Assembly: GCA_964234715.1 (NCBI GenBank)
Contig: OZ174276.1
Length of the DNA: 64,000 nt
Direction: 5' to 3' (one strand)
Origin: Podarcis melisellensis
Lineage: Eukaryota
Part shown: positions 50,979-63,009 of the stretch, piece after piece
Layout of the letters: every line of letters begins with the position of its first letter
Numbering within the stretch: the stretch's first letter is position 1
Position numbers and translations under genes: made by a program
The notes under the pieces: generated by a model
Seen by the model: only the letters and a program-made list of their open reading frames with translations
Told to the model about the DNA's origin: nothing
Databases searched by the model: none

Positions 50979-51740
50979 TGTCCCTTAATCTCGTTTGAAT
51001 ATTGCAATTAAATATATTGCTCACTTGAATTATACCAGGATTCCAAGTCAATACCAATAGATCTAATTTTGCTATGTAAGAGCTGGAACGATCTGGATGT
51101 ATAAGAGTTCTTAAGCAAGTCAGAGAGCAGACTCAAAGGTTGGCAGCAAAAATGGCAACGCAGCCAGTATTTTATAGTGCTAGCCTTCATCCAATATTCC
51201 ATCATGTGTACACCTAGTTCTGCAAACATCGTCTCATACTTGATTGAACTTAGGAGCCCCAGGATACATCTCAAGAAACTTGAGTGTATCTTATCTAAAT
51301 CACTATTATATGCTTCTATCCATATTGGGATCCCAAAAAGTAGCTGGGATGACACTTTAGCTTGAAAAATCTGAATAGCAGCTGGTATAATTTGGTCACC
51401 TTTCTGAAAATAAAAGCGAGCTATTGCTGAGCAGTTACACTTTGCCTGTTTTATAGCACTTGTGCGAGGGGTTGACCAACCTGAGTTGCTCTGCAATAAA
51501 ATTTACTGCATCACCACTGTTGTCCTGAAGGGTACAATCCTGCTGAGGTTTGGAAGAGTTGACCACGCTTAAAAGGGAGAGGCTTTCTCTCTTAAGCACA
51601 CACTTTAATTTCCTATTTAAATTAACAGAGCTTAAAAGTGACTAATGGGCTGGAATGTGCCCCAAATTGATTGCGGCAAGAAATCAAACCTGGGTAAGGT
51701 GGAAAGGTCACTCTAGGAAACCTTTCCGTTACCAACTCAC

Positions 51741-51997
51741 TTCAGCTGCATGGAATGGGGCCCCGGATAGTTGAAGTGCTGCTGGTGCCGGTGCTGCTGC
51801 TGCTGGCTGAGGATCTGGAGCTGCAGGAAGAGCTGCTGCTGCTGCAGGAGCCTTGCATAGGCCGAGTCCATGGGCGGAGGGGACTTTTCCGCCTTCTGGT
51901 CTGGGGGAATGTACTGGTGGTACTTAAGCTTCTTCACTTTTGGCTTCATCTCCTTGGGCTTTTTGTGGCGATTCTTGCTATCGCTCGATGGTTTTGA
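51741..51997 (-). CDS. MYOCD: MYOCD exon 8 (SRF-binding basic region and Q-rich region)
   Basis: atttag|TCAAAA...CTGAA|gtgagt; 257 nt; SKPSSDSKNRHKKPKEMKPKVKKLKYHQYIPPDQKAEKSPPPMDSAYARLLQQQQLFLQLQIL. Confidence 0.97.
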
Positions 51998-52672
51998 CTA
52001 AATGGGGCACAAATAAAAATTTCAATAAGTTTATCTGCAACATGGAGTAACTGAAGTTAGTTAGAAAGTTTAGCAAGCTCCCGTGCCCAGGGCCTGTCAG
52101 CCTGCAAGTCAGTGGAGATAGTATCAAGACTGTGGGAGGTCATACTAGATGTCCCTTCTCACTAGGGTTGTCGAAGGAATCCACTGAAAACAGAATATCA
52201 AGCAAATTTCCTTTAATCTGCCCATTTTATCCCCACTGCCAGAGACACTCGCTGTGGAAACTATTTACCTTAATTATCTACAACGAACTTAAAAAAACCA
52301 CACCACATGAACATGTTATGTGTAAATAGATATGTAAATTGCTTTGCTATATATATTATTTACATCATCATGTATACAGGTGCCTCTTTACTGTCCTTGT
52401 TTCTAAAGTGTTGTTCGCACCCTAAGGCCACCTATATGCACTAATATGTTGCAATCCCAACAATGTCTACTCAGAAGTAAATCTCACTGACTTCCAAGTA
52501 CGGTTACAATTTCAGACTTAATCTGTATCCTCTTGTGTATTTTAAAGCCAGTGGAATGCATTGCTCCTTATTCTTTTCACATGGAAAACCACACTTCCTG
52601 GGGTTACCTTGACTTACAACTAAACTGTTCCTCCCTGATGCCAGTGTGAAAAAAGCAAGATAGGATGATCAT

Positions 52673-52783
52673 GTAGCGTAGCTGGTTAGAGCATGGTGCC
52701 GATAATGCCAAGGTCACTGCCTATTCCTGCATTGTAGGGGGTTGGACTAGATGATCCTCAGGGTCCCTTCCAACTCTGATTCT
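52673..52783 (+). mobile_element. tRNA-Ile-derived SINE with CR1 tail (Squam2/POMSINE-like), internally deleted
   Basis: gctggttagagcatggtgccgataatgccaaggt head joined to ggggttggactagatgatcctcagggtcccttccaactct..attct tail. Confidence 0.75.
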
Positions 52784-54425
52784 TTGACAAGTTTATATTG
52801 AACTGTGAAATCAAGGTAGCGAGAAGTAGAAGACTCTAGTTTTTTTGCTGCAAAATACTAACATGGTCCCCCCCCCCAGAAAACACAAGGAATGTAACTC
52901 ATTTGTAAGTTATCTGTTGATGGCTGAGATGTATGTGTCTAATGTGTGCTACATAAAAAAAAAATGTTAGAAATTACAAGTATTTCCACATCAGCAAGCA
53001 ATGAAACAGCACACAAACTTTTGCAAAATAAACCAATTGCATAGGAATGGAAAACATCAGAAGAAAGTGCAAATGAATATTGCAATTGAGACGTGTTTGT
53101 ACATCCCTTCTTCCCATCTGACCTTCTGTAGTTGAGTACAAGGAACAAAATATACAGGCACCACATCATTTGTAAAGGGCATGTTTATATATTTATTAGC
53201 CACACATTCCTTTTAAAACAGTCTGAAGCAGCAATCTGGTCCTTACCCAGATGACACTTCCAAGAATTTTTAAATGATATGTATCTAATAATATACTAAT
53301 GCATGTTTTACAATCGTCACAGTACTGGTGTATTTTGTACTTGGATACTCTGACCCAAATATAAAATCTCAACATGTAACGCAGCCTTAAGATAGGCCTG
53401 CTGCCCCCAACATCATGGGACAGTCCTCAGGTCACCTCCCCGGTGACCATTTTTAAACATTAGGTGTGTTTGGAATTACAACTCCCGTTATCCATGGCTA
53501 GCATGACCAGTGCTCAAGGGTGATTGGAGCTGTAGTCTGTAACAAGGGCAGGACACCATGTTGCCCATTGTTGCTTTACGGCTTTTAAATATTTCTTTCA
53601 TTTTTAACTTGGGCAGCATCCAGCTACTCCCCTTTCCCCCAGAATGCCTCTGGGTCCACCTCCATAGGAAAGGAGTAAAGAAGGAAAGCTATAGGGCAGT
53701 GATTTGCCTTCCAACTTCTCTCTAAATATCACAAGAAAAGGGATGGAGGGCCCTCTTGTTGCCCTAGAGGGACAAGGGAGTATTTTGTCTGTTTTGAAGG
53801 GCAGAGTTTCCCTAGATGTTTTGGGAAGAGATACGTGCATAAGTGGTTTGTCTGTTACTTAGTGGTTTACATGGAATATTAAATATACATTAAAATTATC
53901 AATAAAAGTTAAGCAACTTTTAAAAAAATCAAAATATAAATGGAAATTAGTAGTTTAAAATATACCAGTGTTTGGTTTGGAGTATGCATGGATATTATTT
54001 CTGTTGTCTGGGGCAATATTTCTGAGTATTGCCATTTTTCCTCTCTGAAATGGGTATTTTGTAGTGCCCATGACAGCTTCATAGAATTCCACAATTCCTG
54101 AGACAGATATTTGAGCCATCTAACATAAGGTCCTGTTGGCGCTATTGTTGGAAACAGCTTGGCTTCAACAGATCATCAAAGTCTCAGCTTGCTCCTTTTG
54201 CAGGTACTTTCACCCCAGAATTATAATGGACCCAGTTTTGTGACACAAGGAGGTACTGTGTGGGTAGTTCCTAGCGACTCCCATCTCCAAGCAAAGCCAA
54301 CACCGTAACTCACCTCCCCAAACACCTAAAACCAGTCCCCCCCCCCACTCTTACTGCAGATGAGTGCTAGCTGTTGTCTAGCCAAGAAGCCATGTTAACA
54401 ATGTAGTGGGAGGTTAGGCTCATAC

Positions 54426-54551
54426 CTTTGCAGATGTGGTAACAGTGCCAGGAGGTGTTTGTTGCCCATTCTGTTGTTTAGGACTTTCTGGCTGGCCATT
54501 CCTCAGAGATGTCATATCAGCCGTATCATTTTCAGAGCCAACGGAATGATC
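54426..54551 (-). CDS. MYOCD: MYOCD exon 7
   Basis: ttccag|GATCAT...GCAAAG|gtatga; 126 nt; DHSVGSENDTADMTSLRNGQPESPKQQNGQQTPPGTVTTSAK; phase 0-0, not in ORF track. Confidence 0.88.
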
Positions 54552-55859
54552 CTGGAATCAAAATAAATACATGGAAATTAATAAACATCAATATGCACAT
54601 TTTCAAGAAGCCTATCCACATGCAGGCAGCTTACAGACTATTACAGAAATGGTCCATGCTAGTCTTGCTCAGGACCAGTTATCTTGACCTTGTTTGGAGC
54701 CTTAACTAGGACTGGACTACATGTTATCACTTTTTTCAACTGGCATCTCTCCATGATCTGTATTTAGAGCAGCGTAACATGGAAGTTTCCTTGCCAGCAT
54801 CAGATGCTCCTGAAAACTATGTGCACCAGCCTTCAAAAACCTAGTGACCACCTGATGTTACTGGACTACAACTCACAACATCCAATGGGGATTGTAGTTC
54901 AAAGCAAGCTTTAGTGTATTAGGCTGGGCAAGGCTGCTCTATGCAATCAAGAGGATCTATGGTAGATGTTAAAGCAATAGCATGGATTGCTGACAGAAGG
55001 CAGTCTTCCATAGGGATAAGGTTCCATATAAAATGGGTTTGACACTGAAGTAGGTAAAAGAAATGGATGACAAGCTGTGAGAGCAGTGAACTACACTCCT
55101 AAAATCACTTGATCTTAAAACGGCTAGCTAGCTAAATCCAATCCACCAACTGATAAATGCAAAATTATTCTGTAACGGACATTCTATAAATAAATGTTTT
55201 TTTTTAAAAAAAATCAACAAAAACTACCTTGGAGGCCCCCAATTTCTCAGTCTCCATCATAATCAATCAGCATATTTTGCTGGTGACTCGGGACTCCCTG
55301 CCATGGCATTTCTACACAGCTGAGACCAATCGCATTTATCAGGCTAGTGTTATTAGGGAAACCAAATGGACGAATCGTTGGGCTCTGTGCCATAAGTGCT
55401 TGGAAAATGGAGGTGCCCCATGCCAAGTACACTGTGTAACAAAACTGCCGGAATGGAGGAGGGCACTCCAAGCCAAGAATATGTCGTGTTCAGGTTAACA
55501 GTGGCTCAGGATCCTTTGCAGGACACCCCCATGTTTTATGTAACCACCAGAGGCTGACCTTACAGCTGGCTTCCTCCATAGGCTACAGTGCCCTCAGAGA
55601 GATCTTGGCATGCATTGCATCTTTTTACCCACAACGAGTTCTTATTCCAGCCCCGAGGAGAGGAATATGCTTCCTCTGGCATCAGACATTTTTTCCTAAT
55701 AGAAGCTCTTGTACTCATTGTCCAGTACTGGATGCTGACGGGGGGTGAAGACAAACGTAAAAAGTTTATAGCAGAGGGACTGATTTGGAAGCACACTCAC
55801 TGTGCTGAATCCAAGCGCATGTTTTCTGACCTGTCCAAAAGTAAGAAATACCGTTTTAC

Positions 55860-56035
55860 CTGAGTTGTCCCTGACATTGTGGGTAACGTTGCTTCTGAAA
55901 TTTTGATTCCGGCTGCTGATTCTGTGGATCCCTGGGAATCCTCGCTTCTGATCTGTTCTGGGGACAGCCCATCATTGCTGCTATCTTCTTCAAAAGCAAA
56001 AGCATCTGAGGATTTAGAGAAGTTTGCTTGGTTAC
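55860..56035 (-). CDS. MYOCD: MYOCD exon 6
   Basis: ccacag|GTAACC...ACTCAG|gtaaaa; 176 nt; (G)NQANFSKSSDAFAFEEDSSNDGLSPEQIRSEDSQG...TTQ. Confidence 0.95.
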
Positions 56036-57307
56036 CTGTGGCAGGAAGGAAGAAAAAGACTCAGTGATAGATGATTCTGAATGGCAGTAAGTTTTTAACA
56101 AGTGTACATGTGGCAAAGCAAACAAGTGATCTTAACACACTACAGTATTCACAGATGTACACTTTCTTGTTCCTGTCAGGTAGGTAAAGCTGTGATTTAT
56201 TTGTGCTCAAAGGCAAGTACCAAAGCAGCAAATTCAGTATGGTTGACAAACATTCAACTGAGAACTATTATAGAAAACCACTAATGAAGCAGTGGTTCGA
56301 TAACATGTAAATGGTGTGCTAATAAAATCTGAATTCAGCAATTGGTTCCACTGGCTCTGTTGAAGGTCCAGCTCCACCAGGCCTTTCTCCATCATCCTGG
56401 GAGCAGTCATCCCACCCGAGTGCATCAGACGGAGAGATGGGAAGCATGACTATTGAGAGGGACTAGCTCCTTGACTCCTCTCCCTGAACTGGCCCTTGTG
56501 AACCAGCTGGCCCTTGTGAACATTTTGTAAGTTTAAGAACTGCTGCTTCAGCTTGCTTTCCCTCTCCTCACTCCATCCTTTCCTCCTTTTGAGTTCTGCA
56601 TTTTAGATCAGAAGCCTGAGGGTTCCCATGTTTCTTAATTGCTCTATAAGCTGCTCCGGAATCATTTTCAGCTGCAGAACGGGATTACAAATGCTTTAAA
56701 TAAATAAATAATTCTCAAACATTGGTTACTGGAACTATCTGATTTCCCATGAGGTTCTGATTCTCCGTGGAACACACATTTTCAGGATTGTTATTATTTT
56801 ACTGGGTTTTGTTTTTTTAAAAAAATGAGGATCTTCTTTCTTTTCAACTGTTTTTGAAGATGTTCATGATTTTGTTTGAGGCACTATATTATATGTACCA
56901 CAGCTTGCACCCATCAGTCTTCAGACCCTCCCCCCTGCAAGATAGCAGATCTTTAATAAATCCAGAACCTTCAAGGATAGCATCATTAGAAGGCTCTTGT
57001 TTTTATCCCAAAATTTCACAACTCTGCAGAATGCAATCGTTATCCCATTTCAAATTGCATCGTCTCTGTATTAGTTCACATTATTCGTTTAAAAATGCAA
57101 ATTTGTTTTTAAATGCACATTTCAAAGTGGATGTGGCCAAAGTGTAAAAGTGGGCAAGGTCATTCTATTTTAAAAAATATATAGGGCACATTTTAAGAGT
57201 CTTGGAGGTTGGGGTTACAAAAAAACCTTTTTGACATTCTGGAGTCACAGCTGGGAATTTGTGGGAGTGGGGAAATAGGAGCAGTCAATTTTTAAAAAAG
57301 ACAATTG

Positions 57308-57308
<1 letters not shown>

Positions 57309-57345
<37 letters not shown>
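57309..57345. repeat. (TG)n microsatellite
   Basis: Direct read. Confidence 0.9.
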
Positions 57346-57346
<1 letters not shown>

Positions 57347-58062
57347 TTGGAAGCCCACAAAAAAAAATATTGGGGGGGGGGTCAAATGCTGCTTGTGCAC
57401 CATGGTGAGAATACTCCAAGAAACTCATCAAGAATGTGCCCCCAAACAATTCACCAAATCAATAGCTTGCATGGTTTTTTCATCCTACAACCTCCTTTGA
57501 GAAATGCTGCAAAGATGCGACCCATTGTGCTTCTACGCAAATCAATGTGGCTTATGCCAGATGATGCTTCTCTGCCACTCAGCGTGCTCAGTGGGTTCTG
57601 GAAAGTGTTCCTGTGCAATATCCCGCAAACTAGCAGGCAAAAGCGCTTGACCCTTGGCTTTTGCTGATAAGTAAAGTGCTGGGAAAGACAGGCTCTATCA
57701 CAAAAGCCCCTGCAAGGCTGGAAGACAGAGAGTAGGCAGTGGAAGGAAGGAAGATTCCTGCTACACGCTGTAATCTTTCCAGGGACATGTCTGGCTTTGA
57801 TCAAGTTTCTTCCTACTCTGCTAGTGAAGAGGGATTTGAAGAGGGCAGGAATGAAGGAACCATTCTAGGGTGCTAGAATCCTGCTAGCTCTTCAACATGG
57901 ATCTGTACTCTCTTATGGGAATTATTCCAAGGGCATTCCCATGGAGAAAACATCAAGAACCCTACATCACATTGCAAGGGACCCTCTCCACAGCGAGTCT
58001 TTTGTATAGCCTACTGTGCATGGGTGTTGCTATAGCACCAGAGGTGCCTTTTCTGGTATTAC

Positions 58063-58224
58063 CTTTGATGGCTTCTTTCACAGCTGAGTCAACAGGAATG
58101 ATATTCTTCTCCACCAGCTCCAGAGGACCTGGCCTAAGAGCAATTTTCTCATTTAGATTGTCTGCAAGACGGGCTCTTTTCAGTTTCATCTGAGTAGCCT
58201 GGACAGACCCTTCTGTGGCTGAAT
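58063..58224 (-). CDS. MYOCD: MYOCD exon 5 (RPEL3)
   Basis: ttacag|ATTCAG...CAAAG|gtaata; 162 nt; SATEGSVQATQMKLKRARLADNLNEKIALRPGPLELVEKNIIPVDSAVKEAIK. Confidence 0.96.
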
Positions 58225-58406
58225 CTGTAAAGCCAAATGGTAAAAATATAAATTATTCCACAAAATAACCAGCCTGTGCCACAGCTCCTTTCCTTTTATC
58301 ACTTCTAAGAAACACAGGATAAATTCTATGTCAGTTCTTTCCCAGTAATTAGAACCTGAGTGTAGCTGTAACACAAAGCATTTCTCTTGAACCATAAAAC
58401 AACTGT

Positions 58407-58747
58407 GGCTTGCCAATCAGAAGGTCGGCAGTTTGAATCCCCGCAATGGGGCGAGCTCCTGTTGCTCTGTCCCAGCTCCTGCCAACCTAGCAGTTCGAAA
58501 GCATGCCAGTGCAAGTAGATAAATAGGTACCGCTCCAGTGGGAAGGTAAACAGCGTTTCTGTGCGCTGCTCTGGTTTCGGTGTTCTGTTGCGCCAGAAGC
58601 GGCTTAGTCATGCTGGCCACATGACCCAGAAAAAACTGTCTGCAGATGAACGCCAGCTCCCTTGGCCTGTCAAGCGAGATGAGCGCCGCAACCCCACAGT
58701 CGCCTGCAACTGGACTTAACTGTCAGGGGTCCTTTACCTTTACTTTA
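58407..58747 (+). mobile_element. 5'-truncated Sauria SINE
   Basis: Aligns with the 45247 copy from ggcttgccaatcagaagg through caggggtcctttacctttac. Confidence 0.9.
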
Positions 58748-60132
58748 ACCACAACTAGCCACAGAGTGCAATGATGACAGGTGTGCTTGTAGATAAGCTT
58801 TTCTCACTGCTGATATGATATGCAGTCAATTTTAACAATGCTCAAGATACACAAAAAGTATTACCTGTACATAGTTCCCTGTAACCAAACAAAATAATTC
58901 CAAGGTTCTCACCCAGTGCACCACACCCTTTATGTGCGTCTGCATACCAGCATGGCTGAGCCACAGTTTGCTGGGGAGTGGGTAGCACACGAGCAAACAA
59001 TCCTTCAAATGTAATGCTGGGCATGGAATCCTATGCAGGAAAGTCATTTCTGCAAGCCCAGTAAAAACTTGGTTTCAAGAGCTAAATGAGAATTGCAAGA
59101 AGCAGTATCTAAAAGAGGGAATAACTTGCTTCATGAGATGTGCATTTTCCCCCAGTTGTATAGTGTGTGCCATACATGCTGGGGCAGCAATTGCCCCAGC
59201 CAGGCTCAAATAAAACCCACCCCAGATTTGTTTATAGAATAACATGCAAACATCATCATAAATCAGTTCAATGTTTATTCTTGTCCCCACCCTGAAGGAA
59301 CCCAAGGTGGCAAACTAACAAAGATTACAAACATTTTAGAAAAGTTTTAAAACCTAAAATAATTCATAAGCATTCCATAAGCAGGAGATTGCTACCAAGA
59401 AGGCCTAGATTAGGGCAATAAAAGGTGCTTTTATACCTTTCCTGAAGAGGGATCAAAAGACACTGAGGCTTACTCAGAACATGGCAGAAGTGTCTTCTGC
59501 TGTTGGCTTGCCACAACTACAAGAAGTCCAAAACATCTAAGGCAGTCTCCCACAACCTGGTGCCCGCTAGAGGATTTGGACTACAATTCCCATCAGCCCC
59601 AGACCACATCGTCAATGGTCAGGGATGATGGGAGTTGTCCAAAACTCTTGCGGAAGTCTAGACTATCTATTAACATAGAACAGCTCATTTGCAATTTGGT
59701 GGTGTATTTCTATACTTCCAAACATGTAAAAAGAAACCTCAAGGTCATGATCCCCATAAAATCATCAATAATATACACTGCTAACAACAAAATTTCACCA
59801 ACAAATTAGTAAATCAGAAATATACACTACTAAACTGGATCACCCTTGAGTAAACAAATGTGTTTTAAGTAGATACCGGAAATAGCAACACTTTAGGTGC
59901 CTGCCTTACCAGGAGCTCATTCCAAAGGGCATGTGATGTAATACTGAAAGCCCTGGGTTTTTGCAGACATAAGATGAACATCAGGAGTAAGCAGCACCTT
60001 TAAGAGTGTCTCCCCCAGGGATTGAAGTGACTGGGTAGGGATATACAAGATTAGGTGGTCCCAAAGATAATCTGGTTATTAAGGACTTTGTATGCTAATA
60101 GCAAGATCTTAAACTTATTCGTTCAATCTTAC

Positions 60133-60208
60133 CCTGTAAAATGTGCATATCAACCAGTTCTGAGCGCTCAGGTCTGTTTCGGGTCTTGTGCTTTAAATAA
60201 TCTTCAGT
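60133..60208 (-). CDS. MYOCD: MYOCD exon 4 (RPEL2)
   Basis: ctgtag|ACTGAA...ACAGG|gtaaga; 76 nt; TEDYLKHKTRNRPERSELVDMHILQ(D); not in ORF track. Confidence 0.95.
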
Positions 60209-60344
60209 CTACAGAACATAAGAACAGAGATCATTACCTCACTAGCTTGATTTAAAGTGCATTAGGCAATGCTTCTTTAAAAGGATTCAGTCAGACTTGG
60301 TCTAACTGACGTTCATTTTAGTTAACATTTGTTCTTCTCTGGTA

Positions 60345-61000
60345 GGACCCACACCAAAAGATTCAAGTTACAGGAAAAGAGATTTCAGCTCAACATCGGG
60401 AATAATTTTCTGATGGCAAGAGCTGTTTGACAGTGGAACCGACTAAGCAGAAGCCATCTGCATGCTTCAGTTGAGATTGCAGGGGTTGGACTAGATCAGG
60501 GGTCTGCAACCTTTAAGACAAAAAGAGCCACTTGGACCCGTTTCCGAAGGAAAAAAACTGGGAGCTGCAAAACTCGTCATTATAAAAATAACATTTTTGT
60601 CACTTTTTATTATTTCTTTGTTTGACCCCTCAGAATTACTCCTCCTCATAGAAATAAACGTTAAATTAACAAGTTACCTTTGTGTGTGTGTGTGTTCTTC
60701 ACTCCCCTTCAAAACAGTGACCAGGTACATGCCCCTTACAATGTAGCGGGTGGGCGGGTGAGAAGGTGACGTTGGGACGGTGCGTGACTAACGCACGCAC
60801 CGCCCCCATGCAACGTCACAGCCAGTACAGTGCCCGCCACAGTGGGGAGTGTCGGGGCACACAATGCGCTTCCTACCCTCGCTAGTATCCGCCCTGGAGC
60901 TGCGGCAAAGGTGTAAAAGAGCCACATGCGGCTCCGGAGCCGCGGGTTGCAGACCCCTGGACTAGATGACCCTCAGGGTCCCTTCCAATTCTATAATTAT
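60345..61000 (+). mobile_element. CR1 LINE 3' end split by a hAT MITE
   Basis: attcaagttacaggaaaagagattt...agagctgtttgacagtggaac...ggggttggactagat | insertion | gactagatgaccctcagggtcccttccaattcta. Confidence 0.8.
60497..60959. mobile_element. hAT (Charlie-like) MITE, intact ends
   Basis: Perfect 15-bp TIRs caggggtctgcaacc / ggttgcagacccctg and perfect 8-bp TSD gactagat (60489-60496, 60960-60967). Confidence 0.93.
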
Positions 61001-62953
61001 CCCACAACTTTTTGTCTGGATACTGAATGTCTGTAGGCTAGGACTTGGATCTTTGAAGAGCTCCATTTGTCCAAACCCGAACTTTTGGCAGGTTTCCCAG
61101 AATGCAAGTAACTTATAATTGGCACAAAGGAATCATAATACTACACCAACTTTTAATATGCACTATATGCAGCACAATTTCAGTTTAGCTTACGGCACAG
61201 ATCTTAAACAAGTGTAAAATTCAGCCCTAAGTACCCAGCTGTATCAAAGTAAATTTATTTACTTCACTAGAACTCATCTAACAGCAGCTCTGTTGTGTTT
61301 TAGCTAATAGGTATTTAAAATCCACCGCAATTAAATTGGTGTAGTTTCATGTTATGTGTGAACAAAGATTTTCAAGTAGGCTTCCCATCAGTCCCTCTCA
61401 ACCAAACTAGCTGTGAAGTATTCCAATGTTGCTTCCCCCTGCCAGCCCCCAGGCCCCTCCCCAGCTGAATAAAGGCTTAGAATATATTTTTGGTTCTACT
61501 TCTCCCTAAACGAATGTAGTTTAGGGCTTTTGACTCATATAATCCTTTTTTCTTCCAGGCAATCGGCCAGTAGAAGCCTTTGAAGGGAGACTGTGAGATA
61601 TTAACCTATGCCTGAACATTGAAATATAGGGTACTTCTAAGATACTTCAGACTTCTTGAAGTGTTCTGAGCACATTTATTTTTCACAGGGGGCTATACAT
61701 CCTTCCTTACGTTGGTCTTGAATTTTTGCAGGACACTCATATACAGTAATGTAACATAGGCATCTTCTACATGTGTGCAGGTTTTTGATAAATGCCTATA
61801 CATAAATTTCATCAAGAGTTTTGAAAGTAAGTTAATATATATGTACACAGAATCGTAGAACTATAAAAGGATTCACTTGTTTGGCTTCCTGACCTAAATT
61901 TCCTCTACATATTAACTCCTATGCCATAAACAGAGGAAATAAAGGATAAAGTGCACCACAAGTTCCCATTAAATGGGACAAATTAACAGACGGCAACTAC
62001 TACTACTAATAAAAATTCTGAGCAAATCAAGTCATAGTTTCTAGGACATTACAAAGTTACCATATACTATTGTCCATCTAGCCCAGCATTGTCTATTGTA
62101 ACTAGCAGCATATCTCCATATCTCTTTACCAATCTTGCTGCTGGTGTCATTGGACCCGGGTCGTCATCCGTGCAAAATACCAGCTTTATGAATGAGCTAT
62201 AGGCCTCTCTATATATGGATTGTATTCTTTATATAAGAGAACTGCTATCAGTCTTGGAAAAGGCTTCTCTAAGCAGACAGTTCCCCAATTTCCCCCTTTG
62301 CCAAACTGCAAAAAACACAAATTTTGAAGGATGGCGTATTATTTCTGAAATTGCAAATTAGGTAGGTTCGTCTTTAAATGTAAACGGAATCAAATTTCTA
62401 CCCCCCCCCCCCCCGCTACACCTCTAGTAAGAGCCTTGGCTGGAGACTTGCAGCAGGGAAAGCTTGAGAATATCTTGTACTTTCTCTAAATAAGACCAGA
62501 TCACCAGCTCTTCCACTAGTGGGGTAGGTGGGGGGGGGGACTGCCTCTTAATCTTATCTTTCTCATTAGCTTTAATTAACAGCGCCTAAACTCTGCTTGA
62601 TAACTGGTGCCAGCAAGAGACAAGAGTACAGGTTAAGAACAGCCCAAAAGCACTCTGCAGTGTCACAAGAAGAGAAGGGCAATATGGTGTACTGCAGACA
62701 TCAGGCACAAGGTTTCCTACTGGGGAGATATATATATATCTCCCACAAAGCCACTTTCTCATGGGACATGTGCCAATTAAGTTTAGAGCCCTGTAAAGGT
62801 GTTCTAAAGGTATAGTAGTATCTGCAGAAATGAATCCAGTGATTTTCCAACATTCCACTCACATTCCTGCACATGGCCACAACCTTCTCAGCAGCTAGTT
62901 AACCTGCATGATGCCATCTCCAGCCACCCCCTCTGATGCCTACCCAGGGTTAC

Positions 62954-63009
62954 CTTGGCTCTCTCCAAGCTCTTCTTTTGCTCATGGAAGGGAGAGGGGT
63001 TTTTCAGCG
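62954..63009 (-). CDS. MYOCD: MYOCD exon 3 (RPEL1-RPEL2 spacer)
   Basis: ttgcag|CGCTGA...GCCAAG|gtaacc; 56 nt; LKNPSPFHEQKKSLERAK. Confidence 0.93.

Larger units (their letters stand above)
50285..51500 (-). mobile_element. Decayed LINE 3' part (RTE-X-like ORF2 C-terminus)
   Basis: Broken ORFs contain post-RT motifs (SQLLFGIPIW...LDKIHSSFLRCILGL...FAELG...IKYWLR) and a zinc-finger-like DTVEHILFYCPLY; interrupted by the 50838 insertion. Confidence 0.7.
39510..63009 (-). other. MYOCD: MYOCD gene body (5'-partial, exons 1-2 beyond right edge; 3' end uncertain)
   Basis: Eleven in-frame exons encoding RPEL2/RPEL3, basic, Q-rich, SAP, leucine-zipper and TAD regions, ending in the myocardin-type MDLHLQQW*; next to MAP2K4 as in other vertebrates. 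Confidence 0.95.

Noticed and set aside
51008-51496. 162-aa ORF as an independent gene
   Set aside because: It is a fragment of a decayed LINE ORF2 inside MYOCD intron 8.
52673-52715. tRNA-Ile-like sequence
   Set aside because: Lacks the T arm and acceptor stem and is fused to a CR1 tail, so it is a SINE head rather than a tRNA gene.
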